Program-made: the position numbers and the translations under genes
The notes under the pieces: generated by a model
What the model was told of the DNA's origin: nothing
The model's database searches: none
Seen by the model: the letters and a program-made list of their open reading frames with translations, nothing else
Assembly (NCBI GenBank): GCA_023227985.1
Contig: JALOCB010000005.1
Span: 5,983-69,982 of the forward strand
DNA: 64,000 bases
Direction: 5' to 3'
Source: Candidatus Omnitrophota bacterium
GTDB lineage: Bacteria; Omnitrophota; Gorgyraeia; Gygaellales; Profunditerraquicolaceae
Shown here: positions 55,798-64,000 of the stretch, piece by piece
How positions within the stretch are numbered: the stretch's first letter is position 1
How the letters are laid out: each line of letters opens with the position of its first letter

Positions 55798-57339
55798 ATG
55801 TTTATACTACGCATATTTCTGGTTTTGGTTATTGCGATCTTGTCGGGCGAGCGCCGTGTTTACGCTCAGCAGGACCAGGATAACCTATCATATAAGGGCT
55901 TCAACGTAATTCTGATCGCCATCAACAATATCGGCGCGGAACATATGAGCCTCTACGGATACCGCCGTGACACCAACCCTAAATTCAAAGTATGGGCAAA
56001 GGACGCGTTGATATTTGAAAACGCGTATTCCCCGGCATCCTGGACCCTGCCGGTAATAACAACTGTTTTTACGGCATTGAACCCGTATACACATAAGGTT
56101 ATGGATAGATACTTCGAAAATACACTTTCCACCGATATTAAGACGCTGCCGCAGGTCCTGGCTTATAACGGCTATGCCACCGCCGCTTTTACCGGAGGCC
56201 TTGATGATAATCGCATCTTTGGACATATGCGCGGTTTTTCGCAGACCGACGCAAACCCGTCTTTTACGGGTTTTGCGGTGACTTTAAAACAGGCGCGCAA
56301 ATGGCTTGCCCGTAACTCAAAAAATAAGTTTTTTCTGTTCGTCCACGGTTATGACGCTCATCCGCCGTTCACCCCGCCCCGGAAATTCCGAGGCGTCTTC
56401 AGCGACACAAAAGGCAAGGATATAACCATAAAACCAGGCTTTACCTATCGCGGCTTCCGGAAATTCGACGGCCGGTATCAGGCCTATTGCATAACCAGGG
56501 AGGATCCGCTGCATCCCAATATGGAACACGCTCAGGTTGATCCCGGGGACATATTCCCCCGTATCGTATTGACCCAGGACGACGTGGATTATTTGACCGA
56601 CCTGCATGATGAGACCATTTTGTCAGTCGATTCGCAAGTAACCAAATTCCTGGGCTCACTTGATAAAAACCTGCTGAAGAAAACGATCATCGTTGTTTTT
56701 TCTGAACATGGCGAAATGTTCGCTAAACACGGCAGATTCGGGCGCGTAGGCACAATACGCGGAACGCTTTACGATGACGTGGTCCACATACCGTTATTGG
56801 TCAAAATCCCCGGGCTAAAAAACCGCAGGATAACCGGGCTGGTCCAACTCGCGGATATTATGCCCACAATACTGGATTTACTGGACATCCCGTTCCTGCG
56901 CCGGTTGCAGGGAAGGTCTCTGGTGCCGTTGATAAAGCACGACCTGGCCGTTAATGATTATGTTTATTCGGGCGCGGCATATAACTTCGCCGGAGGGCCG
57001 AAAAGGCCGTTCTCAAGCTATCCCAGTATCAATGAGTCGATCCGTAACCAGGATTGGAAGCTAATACACGAAATATTCTTTTCGGCGGATACCAAGGGAA
57101 AATTCAGCGATAATACGTCACTAAAGGTACAAGAAGAATCATTTGAGCTGTATGACCTTAACGCCGATCCAAACGAACTAAATAATGTGCGTAGCGCGTA
57201 TCCGGAAAAAACGAAAGAATTAACCGCCCTATTGGCCGAATGGTCCCAGGCATGCCGGGTTTCCGGCCAGTTCAATGCGTCTACCCAAAGGATCCCCGAC
57301 AAGATGATCAAAGACGCCAGAGAGCACGGTTATTGGTAG
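55798..57339 (+). CDS. Secreted alkaline-phosphatase-superfamily 'sulfatase-fold' protein, Thr-type, paralog 2
   Basis: 513 aa; about 65-70% identical to paralog 1 over the N-terminal core (VILIAINNIGAEHMSLYGY…SPASWTLP…FSEHGEMF). Confidence 0.7.
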   Translation: MFILRIFLVLVIAILSGERRVYAQQDQDNLSYKGFNVILIAINNIGAEHMSLYGYRRDTNPKFKVWAKDALIFENAYSPASWTLPVITTVFTALNPYTHKVMDRYFENTLSTDIKTLPQVLAYNGYATAAFTGGLDDNRIFGHMRGFSQTDANPSFTGFAVTLKQARKWLARNSKNKFFLFVHGYDAHPPFTPPRKFRGVFSDTKGKDITIKPGFTYRGFRKFDGRYQAYCITREDPLHPNMEHAQVDPGDIFPRIVLTQDDVDYLTDLHDETILSVDSQVTKFLGSLDKNLLKKTIIVVFSEHGEMFAKHGRFGRVGTIRGTLYDDVVHIPLLVKIPGLKNRRITGLVQLADIMPTILDLLDIPFLRRLQGRSLVPLIKHDLAVNDYVYSGAAYNFAGGPKRPFSSYPSINESIRNQDWKLIHEIFFSADTKGKFSDNTSLKVQEESFELYDLNADPNELNNVRSAYPEKTKELTALLAEWSQACRVSGQFNASTQRIPDKMIKDAREHGYW

Positions 57340-57421
57340 GATTTTTAAAATGACTTGTTTTTATCCTGGTTTTAGATTACAATTTATTTTTGCTCTGCAA
57401 AATATCATTTAAACAAAGACC

Positions 57422-58801
57422 ATGATGGATATACTTCAAAAAATAAAGGAAGAGTCAATAAAACCGCAAAAGACCGATCCCAATAAACCCCGCTTCGCCC
57501 TTATTGTACCGCCGTCTTGTTTTACCGTGCCCGAGGGATGGGAATTTGTTTTGAAGCAGCCCTTTGAAGGGGTTTCGTATATAGCTACCGTGCTGTTCAA
57601 TGCCGGTTTTCCGGTCCGGATCATTGACGCGCGTTTTCAGGATGATCCGGTAAAATTCGCGGTCGATTCGGTCAAAGACGCGGCAGTGGTCGGTATGGCT
57701 ACGTATGAGGATTCTTTCCCCTTTGTCCATGAAGCATGCGCGAAGATCAAACAAAAATACCCGGAGAAATTGATCGTTTTAGGCGGCGCTTTGGTGACTT
57801 CCACTCCGCAGGTACTTATAAAAAATACCGCCGCTGATATCGGCGTGCTCGGCGAAGGCGAAGAGACTACCCGGGAGCTCCTGGATGCCATCGCCGAAGG
57901 CAAACCGGAGGATTTTGAAAAGATCGCCGGATTATGCTATAAGGACAATTCCGGCGGCATTCATTTTACCGAAAAACGCCCGCAGATGGCCGACCTGGAA
58001 TCACTGCCGTTAATGAACCTCTCTTTATGGCCGGCGGTGCAGAAAGACAAAAAGGTCAAGGAGATATTCTTCTCCCATAGCCGCGGATGTTACAAGAATT
58101 GTTCATTCTGTTTCCGGACCACCCCGCAGCTCAGCCAAAAGTCGATCGGGAAATTCCAGGATGAGCTCAGGGAACTGAAAAAACAATATGATTTCGAATT
58201 CATTTATTTCGTGGACCTGACTTTCGCCATCCAGAAACAACGGACACTTGAGATATGCGAAGTTTTAAAAGAGTTCAAAGTCAGTTGGTCGTGCATGTCC
58301 AGGGTCCAGAATATAGACGAAGAAATGCTAAAGGCGATGAAAGCCGCCGGCTGTCAGATAATCCTCTACGGCTTCGAATCACTGGACCAAAATATCCTGG
58401 ATAACGCTCATAAAGGCATCACCCCTGCGCAGATACGCAGGATGGTAAAATTAACCCAGGACAACGGGATACAGGTAGGAGGACTGTTCATTGTGGGCCT
58501 GCCCCAGGAAACCAAAGAATCCCTGAGAAAAGTCGTTGATTTTATCGATGAGACCGGGAGCGCGTGCCGGGTGAAATATTTATCCGCTATCCCGGGCACT
58601 GAAATTTACCGTTGGGCGCTCGCAACCGGGATAATCAAAGATGAGGTAAGCCATTTGCGCTGGCTGGCAAATGAAAGATGCGATAAAGACGACGAATTTA
58701 TAAATTTCACGCGGCTGCCGGATGAAGTCATACGCGACACCTATATGGAAATAAATTCAAAATATATCAAAGGCCCGCGCTACACTAATGAATGGTTTTA
58801 A
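57422..58801 (+). CDS. B12-binding-domain radical SAM enzyme (class B), paralog 1
   Basis: 459 aa; N-terminal cobalamin-binding Rossmann-like domain; SRGCYKNCSFCF = CX3CX2C. Confidence 0.8.
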   Translation: MMDILQKIKEESIKPQKTDPNKPRFALIVPPSCFTVPEGWEFVLKQPFEGVSYIATVLFNAGFPVRIIDARFQDDPVKFAVDSVKDAAVVGMATYEDSFPFVHEACAKIKQKYPEKLIVLGGALVTSTPQVLIKNTAADIGVLGEGEETTRELLDAIAEGKPEDFEKIAGLCYKDNSGGIHFTEKRPQMADLESLPLMNLSLWPAVQKDKKVKEIFFSHSRGCYKNCSFCFRTTPQLSQKSIGKFQDELRELKKQYDFEFIYFVDLTFAIQKQRTLEICEVLKEFKVSWSCMSRVQNIDEEMLKAMKAAGCQIILYGFESLDQNILDNAHKGITPAQIRRMVKLTQDNGIQVGGLFIVGLPQETKESLRKVVDFIDETGSACRVKYLSAIPGTEIYRWALATGIIKDEVSHLRWLANERCDKDDEFINFTRLPDEVIRDTYMEINSKYIKGPRYTNEWF

Positions 58802-58828
58802 GGCCATCACCGGGAAGGAGTCTTTGCT

Positions 58829-60253
58829 TTGAAGAAAACCAGCCTTTCAGCCGTTGAAGAATCGATTAAAGGCGCATCGTCTTCGCCATTGACTGCCGAT
58901 CCTAAAAAACCGCGGTTCATAATCATTGTCCCGCCTTCGCCGCAAATACCCACACCGGGGCGGGAATTCCTGCTGCGCACGCCCATTGAAGGCGTTACCT
59001 TTATCGCCACTGTGGCCAAGAACGCCGGTTTCGGCGTTGAGATCGTGGATTACCGCACCACGCCGGTCCCGCCTGAAGAATTGATCGCGAAAAGCGGCGA
59101 TCACGCTATTTTTGCGCTAACCACCTTTATCGACGGTTATGTTTTTATGGAAGATTTTATCCGCAGGGTAAAAAAAATTGATCCCGGCAACATCGTCATA
59201 TTGGGAGGCCCGTTTGTTTCCTCTACCCCGGAATTACTGATGCGCGCTTTGCCGGCGGATTTCGCGGTACTGGGGGAAGGGGAATTGACGATCCTGGAGC
59301 TTCTGGCCGCTCTATCCGGCAAAACGCCGGAAAAAATACCGCTGATCGACGGGTTAGCCTATCGGGAAAATGGAAAGATCAAATTTACCAGGCCCCGGGC
59401 GCAGATAAATGACCTGGATATCCTGCCGGCGCTGGATTTTTCTCTCTGGCCGACTGTCGCCAAAGACAGGTTGATCGAAAAGATCGGGATATCGTCAAGC
59501 CGCGGGTGTTACGCGCGCTGTTCTTTCTGTTTTAAGGCCATACCCGAAGTCCGCCAAATGACCCCGGAGAAATTCGGACAGGATATGGCCGCGTATGTGC
59601 GCAAATATGGGATAAAATACGCCTATATCAACGACCTTACCTTTGTCATCGGCAGGACGCGGACAGTAAAATTATGCGAGGAACTTAGGAAAACCGGGGT
59701 GCGCTGGGCTTGTTCCACCAGGGTGGAGAATATCGACGACGACCTGTTGAGGCTGATGAAGGACTGCGGCTGCGATGAAATATGGTACGGGATAGAATCG
59801 GTCGACCAAAAAGTACTTAACGCCAATTTCAAGAATATAACCGTGGAAAAGATCGAGCGGGCTGTGGAGATGACCAATAAGGCCGGGATCAAGGTCATGG
59901 CTAACTTTATTGTAGGACTGCTGGGAGAAACCGAGGAGTCTCTCGACCAGATGGTAAGGTTTATCGAGACCCAGGATATCATCCCATGCAGCATTAAATA
60001 TCTGACCCCGTTCCCCGGGACCCCGGTTTATCAATACGCGCTTGAAAAGAAGCTTATCGTCGATGAAATAGAGTATTTCCGCGTTTTAGGCCAGCGTAAA
60101 GTCAATTGTGCCGAGGATACGATCGTTAATTGCACCAGCCTGGCCGAATCTAAGCTCAGAGAAGCATTTATGCGGATCCGACGCATCTCTTATGACCGTT
60201 ACGGACCTCTGGATTGGGATAATGGATCACAAACAACTAAAAAAACAGTTTAA
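58829..60253 (+). CDS. B12-binding-domain radical SAM enzyme (class B), paralog 2
   Basis: 474 aa; TTG start after GGGAAGGAG; SRGCYARCSFCF; about 45% identical to paralog 1. Confidence 0.8.
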   Translation: MKKTSLSAVEESIKGASSSPLTADPKKPRFIIIVPPSPQIPTPGREFLLRTPIEGVTFIATVAKNAGFGVEIVDYRTTPVPPEELIAKSGDHAIFALTTFIDGYVFMEDFIRRVKKIDPGNIVILGGPFVSSTPELLMRALPADFAVLGEGELTILELLAALSGKTPEKIPLIDGLAYRENGKIKFTRPRAQINDLDILPALDFSLWPTVAKDRLIEKIGISSSRGCYARCSFCFKAIPEVRQMTPEKFGQDMAAYVRKYGIKYAYINDLTFVIGRTRTVKLCEELRKTGVRWACSTRVENIDDDLLRLMKDCGCDEIWYGIESVDQKVLNANFKNITVEKIERAVEMTNKAGIKVMANFIVGLLGETEESLDQMVRFIETQDIIPCSIKYLTPFPGTPVYQYALEKKLIVDEIEYFRVLGQRKVNCAEDTIVNCTSLAESKLREAFMRIRRISYDRYGPLDWDNGSQTTKKTV

Positions 60254-60962
60254 GAACCGGGCGAGGACATTCGACAGATCCGCGAGATGGGTCAAAGACC
60301 CGGGGCTTTTGGATATCCACCGCAAACTTGCCAAGATACTTCCCGGCGAAACCGTTCTTGAGGCATGCTGCGGTACGGGGATCGTTGGTGCGGACCTATG
60401 CAAAAGCGGCAACACGGCCATCGGTCTGGATCTGAGCCTGGATATGCTGGGATTTGCCGGTAAACGCCTGGATCATTGCGTCAACGCACAAACCGAGCAT
60501 CTGCCTTTCGCCGATAATACGTTTGACGTCGCGGCCTGCCGCCAGGCAATGCATTTTCTGGATATGAAACGTTTTTTCTTTGAATTATTCCGGGTCGTAA
60601 AACCAGGCACAGGCAGGGTAATAATAAGCCAGATCGTCCCGTTCGGAGAAAAGGATAAGGCCTGGGTGCGCAGGATCCATCAAAAAAAACAGAATATGCT
60701 GCGCAATTTCGTCTGCGAGCAGGATATCCTGGACGGCTTGAAAAGGGCCGGGTTTAAAAAAATCGAGCGCCGCGAATATACCATTGAAGAGCCGATAAAC
60801 CCGTGGCTGACCGACACATTTTTCCCGCCTAAAAAGATCGAAGAATTAAAGGGAATGTTTATCAACGCGCCTGCGCAATACAAGGAATTACACCGCGTCC
60901 GCTGCGTAAGAGGCGCGATCTACGAAACGATGCGCTGGATAATAGCTTTAGGGAGGAAATAA
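60222..60962 (+). CDS. Class I SAM-dependent methyltransferase
   Basis: ATG 60222 (MDHKQLKK…), overlapping the radical-SAM gene end; motif I VLEACCGTGIVG, then GLDLS, FADNTFDVAA, LFRVVKPGTGRVI. Confidence 0.65.
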   Translation: MDHKQLKKQFKNRARTFDRSARWVKDPGLLDIHRKLAKILPGETVLEACCGTGIVGADLCKSGNTAIGLDLSLDMLGFAGKRLDHCVNAQTEHLPFADNTFDVAACRQAMHFLDMKRFFFELFRVVKPGTGRVIISQIVPFGEKDKAWVRRIHQKKQNMLRNFVCEQDILDGLKRAGFKKIERREYTIEEPINPWLTDTFFPPKKIEELKGMFINAPAQYKELHRVRCVRGAIYETMRWIIALGRK

Positions 60963-60965
60963 AAG

Positions 60966-62366
60966 ATGCCCCGCGCCGGTTCATTTCTGATCTTGCTGGG
61001 AATAATATGTTTTTCCGCTAACGCGCACGCCGGGGATACCGCCGCCGTAATAAAGAGCGGGCAGTTCAAGGGGTATAATGTTCTGCTCGTTTCTTTTGAC
61101 GCGCTGCAGGCCGGGCATGTCGGATGCCTTGGCTATAGCCGCAATACCACCCCGACCATAGATTCATTCGCCGGGGAAGGTTTTCTGTTCAAGAACGCCG
61201 TTTCCCAGGCTTCCTGGACCGTGCCGGCGACGATGAGCTACTTTACCTCGCTTTATCCGTCGCAACACCGTTGCGTAAACAAATATTCCGTATACACCGA
61301 TAATGAAAAAATATTGACCAGCCTGAAAGACCTCTCCCCGGAAACCGTAACCCTGGCCGAGGTGTTAAAAAACAACGGCTACGCGACCGGGGGATTTACC
61401 GGCGATGCCGGGGTAAGCGGGCATTTCGGCTTCGGCCAGGGATTTGATACTTATTTCGACGGTCCTAAATTCGGAGGAATGGATACCAGTATCCCTGAAG
61501 CCCTTAAATGGCTGAGATCCAACCACAATAGAAAATTCTTTATTTTTCTGCACGGCTACGATTGCCACGGCCAATATGACCCGCCCAACGGCTTTACCCG
61601 GCGCTACCTTGATTTTAATTATACCGGACCGTTAAAAGGCGGCAAAGAAGAGCAGGGAAGGCTGCGCGAAGACAGCCTGAATAAGAACGCCATAAGCCTG
61701 ACCGAGCAGGACGCCGGATTCTGGAGGTCGTTGTATGACGAAAAAATAAACGACGTCGATGAACGGTTCCGCCAGTTCATCGAAGCCCTGCGCAAAATGG
61801 GCGTTTTAGACAAAACCGTTATAATACTTGTTTCCGACCATGGCACGGAATTCTATGAGCATAAAAGGTTTGACCACGGGCATTCTCTTTACGATGAACT
61901 TATACGCGTGCCGCTTATCTTCCGGCTTCCGGGGATAAAAAAGAACGCCGTTATTCCCGACCAGGTGCGCGGCATCGATATAATGCCTACGGTTCTGGAC
62001 CTGATCGGGATTAAAATTACCGGAAAAGTAAAAAACCAGGCCAAAGGCGTGAGCCTGAGGCCGCTGATGAACGGAGAGAAGCTGAAGCTGGACGCCTACA
62101 GCGAAACGGATTACCGGTTTTATACCAGCAAGCGCTCGATCCGCACAGCCGACGGCTGGAAATTAATTTACACTATGGAAACCGGAAAAAAAGAACTTTA
62201 TAACCTGCAAACCGACCCCGCTGAAACGGTCAACCGTGTTGCTGACGAACAGAAAACCGCGTACGAGCTGGAACAAAAACTTTTTGCCTGGATGCGATCC
62301 ATGGGGCAGGGGGAGAATTACCACGAAGACCTGTTAAGAAGCGTGCTGCGGATCAAAGAATATTGA
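60966..62366 (+). CDS. Secreted alkaline-phosphatase-superfamily 'sulfatase-fold' protein, Thr-type, paralog 3
   Basis: 466 aa; VSFDAL, SQASWTVP, GYDCHGQY, VSDHGTEF. Confidence 0.7.
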   Translation: MPRAGSFLILLGIICFSANAHAGDTAAVIKSGQFKGYNVLLVSFDALQAGHVGCLGYSRNTTPTIDSFAGEGFLFKNAVSQASWTVPATMSYFTSLYPSQHRCVNKYSVYTDNEKILTSLKDLSPETVTLAEVLKNNGYATGGFTGDAGVSGHFGFGQGFDTYFDGPKFGGMDTSIPEALKWLRSNHNRKFFIFLHGYDCHGQYDPPNGFTRRYLDFNYTGPLKGGKEEQGRLREDSLNKNAISLTEQDAGFWRSLYDEKINDVDERFRQFIEALRKMGVLDKTVIILVSDHGTEFYEHKRFDHGHSLYDELIRVPLIFRLPGIKKNAVIPDQVRGIDIMPTVLDLIGIKITGKVKNQAKGVSLRPLMNGEKLKLDAYSETDYRFYTSKRSIRTADGWKLIYTMETGKKELYNLQTDPAETVNRVADEQKTAYELEQKLFAWMRSMGQGENYHEDLLRSVLRIKEY

Positions 62367-62374
62367 CGCCCTAA

Positions 62375-63748
62375 ATGCCTGATTGCAGGAAGATATTATC
62401 ACTTTTTTTGCTTTCATCCCTGATCCCCGTATTGCCGCTTTACGCGCAATCCCCGGTTGATCCCGCTTCCGGTTATAACCTGATATTCATCTGCCTGGAT
62501 ACCCTGCGCCCCGACCACCTGGGATGTTACGGCTACGGACGCAATACCAGCCCGCGTATCGACGCGATATCCGGCCAGGGGGTATTGTTCAAGAATGCCT
62601 TCGCCCAGTCTAACTTTACCCTGGCCAGCCACGCTTCTTTGTTCACCTCAAAATACGCTCATAGCCATAACGCCGACCGGATCGAGCGCCGGCTCGCGGA
62701 TGAAGAAATAACCATAGCGGAGGTACTTAAAGCCAACGGCTATAAAACCGCGGCTTTTATACACAATGCGCAGCAATTCGACCCGAAATTCGGGCTTAAC
62801 CAGGGTTTTGAGACATATGATTTCGCGGTAGAAGCCAACCGGCGTCCTTCGATAGAAAAAACGCTCCCTGCCTGCCTAAAATGGATAACCCGCCATAAAA
62901 ACGAGAGATTTTTCGTTTTTCTGCATGCCAATGATATACACGAACCATATCATTGCCCGGATGAGGATTATTTCGACGAAGGATATCACGGCCGGCTGGA
63001 TCAGGAGTATATGGCAACCTGGCCGCCGGGATTCCACACGCGCAATCTCAAACGGACCAAACAAGAGGCCCGGCATATAATCGCACACTATGACGCGGGG
63101 ATCAGATACACGGACTCCTACGTTGGTAAATTCTTCGATCATTTAAAGGGGGCCGGGTTGCTGAATAAAACAATACTGGTGTTCTTTTCCGACCACGGCG
63201 AAATACTGGGTGAAAGAAAAAAGTTTTTCGGGCATGGATTAAGCCTGCATGACGAAGAAGTGCGCGCGGCTTTGTTGTTTTGCCTGCCTCAGGCAAAACA
63301 ACAAACAGTCGAGGAACAGGCACAGTTGGTCGATATAATGCCTACTGTGCTGGAATTGCTGCGGATAGATACCAAAGGGCTCGGGCTTGAAGGGAAAAGC
63401 CTGGTTAAAACATTTTTGCCGGGCAGCGCCATCGACGAAGAAATAAATGAATATGTTTATGCGGGATGCCTGAGCGGCGAAAGCGAGGACAACGGCCTGA
63501 CCGATACCCAGGCGATGATCCGCAGCCGCTCATGGAAACTTATTACACATACATGGGGATTCCCGGCGGATCATAAAAATATCAAAAGCGTGCAGATGCA
63601 TAACGGCGCGATCATAACCGCTCCTTTCAGGAACAGGATCGAACTGTATGACCTTAGAAAAGACCCCCGGGAAATAAACAACCTGGCCGGCCGGGGATAC
63701 GCCGATATCGAAAACATGTTATTGTCAAAACTGCTGGAATTATTTTAA
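62375..63748 (+). CDS. Secreted alkaline-phosphatase-superfamily 'sulfatase-fold' protein, paralog 4
   Basis: 457 aa; ICLDTL, AQSNFTLAS, ANDIHEPY, FSDHGEILG. Confidence 0.7.
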   Translation: MPDCRKILSLFLLSSLIPVLPLYAQSPVDPASGYNLIFICLDTLRPDHLGCYGYGRNTSPRIDAISGQGVLFKNAFAQSNFTLASHASLFTSKYAHSHNADRIERRLADEEITIAEVLKANGYKTAAFIHNAQQFDPKFGLNQGFETYDFAVEANRRPSIEKTLPACLKWITRHKNERFFVFLHANDIHEPYHCPDEDYFDEGYHGRLDQEYMATWPPGFHTRNLKRTKQEARHIIAHYDAGIRYTDSYVGKFFDHLKGAGLLNKTILVFFSDHGEILGERKKFFGHGLSLHDEEVRAALLFCLPQAKQQTVEEQAQLVDIMPTVLELLRIDTKGLGLEGKSLVKTFLPGSAIDEEINEYVYAGCLSGESEDNGLTDTQAMIRSRSWKLITHTWGFPADHKNIKSVQMHNGAIITAPFRNRIELYDLRKDPREINNLAGRGYADIENMLLSKLLELF

Positions 63749-63750
63749 CA

Positions 63751-64000
63751 ATGAGAATAAAGCTTATATTCTTTTGTGCCCTTACTATCGCCGGACCGTT
63801 TATCGCCTCGCGGGCTTACCCTGCCGGCCCGAAATATAACATAGTTATTATCGTCGTCAACGCGCTAAGGACCGATTATATGGGCTGTTACGGGTCCCGG
63901 CAGGGGAATACCCCGAATATTGATTCCCTTGCCGCTGAAGGCGCGTTATTCGATAACGCAATAAGCCAGTCATATTGGACGCTGCCCAGCATGGTATCTT
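63751..64000 (+). CDS. Secreted alkaline-phosphatase-superfamily 'sulfatase-fold' protein, paralog 5 (N-terminal fragment; continues beyond window)
   Basis: ATG 63751: MRIKLIFFCALTIAGPFIASRA…NIVIIVVNALRTDYMGCYG…TPNIDSLAAEGALFDNAISQSYWTLPSMVS. Confidence 0.6.
   Translation, partial: MRIKLIFFCALTIAGPFIASRAYPAGPKYNIVIIVVNALRTDYMGCYGSRQGNTPNIDSLAAEGALFDNAISQSYWTLPSMVS

Noticed and set aside
54246-63748. Calling the AP-superfamily paralogs true sulfatases, and the radical SAM genes anaerobic sulfatase-maturating enzymes
   Set aside because: No C/S-x-P-x-R formylglycine motif is present; Thr sits at the nucleophile position. The radical SAM proteins have an N-terminal B12-binding domain and lack the SPASM domain of anSME.

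Overview
All supportable genes in this 64-kb window are on the + strand; the minus-strand ORFs in the track look like GC-rich antisense shadows. No rRNA, tRNA, CRISPR array, IS or transposase signatures were recognised by eye.

1) Positions 1-25.8 kb: a nearly complete rpoB(partial)-rpoC / str / S10 / spc / alpha ribosomal super-operon. Gene order is rpoBC, rpsL, rpsG, fusA, tuf, rpsJ, rplCDWB, rpsS, rplV, rpsC, rplP, rpmC, rpsQ, rplNXE, rpsN, rpsH, rplFR, rpsE, rplO, secY, adk, map, infA, rpmJ, rpsMKD, rpoA, rplQ. It ends in a clear rho-independent terminator. There is no L30 gene. Zinc-ribbon forms are seen for S14, L36 and unusually L24, and L17 carries a long low-complexity tail.

2) Positions 25.9-34.2 kb: central metabolism. 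This block holds an aspartate aminotransferase, an archaeal-type LeuC/LeuD-like dehydratase pair interrupted by pilT, an isocitrate/isopropylmalate-dehydrogenase-family enzyme, malate dehydrogenase, dihydrolipoyl dehydrogenase, lipB and a stand-alone lipoyl-domain protein.

3) Positions 34.2-41.4 kb: groES-groEL follows a textbook sigma70 promoter and a perfect CIRCE operator. Then come cvpA-like, Nif3-like, dnaG and rpoD, closed by a terminator.

4) Positions 41.4-49.8 kb: a DUF192 protein, a UvrD/PcrA-like helicase, and an overlapping AddA-like helicase-nuclease plus AddB-like Fe-S nuclease.

5) Positions 49.8-64.0 kb: the most unusual part, a tightly packed co-directional 13-gene accessory operon behind a near-consensus extended -10 promoter. 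It encodes a secreted protein with two tandem NTF2-like repeats, a membrane-anchored SGNH-like protein, an orphan periplasmic solute-binding protein and a nucleotide-pyrophosphatase/phosphodiesterase-family enzyme. It also encodes five secreted 'sulfatase-fold' alkaline-phosphatase-superfamily paralogs. These have Thr where sulfatases have the formylglycine Cys/Ser, and no C-x-P-x-R motif. Three of the five also replace a metal-ligand Asp with Asn. Embedded among them are two paralogous B12-binding radical-SAM enzymes (CX3CX2C) and a class I SAM methyltransferase. A 20-codon hydrophobic micro-ORF sits directly upstream of the first radical-SAM gene. This gene combination is the best candidate here for an undescribed system.
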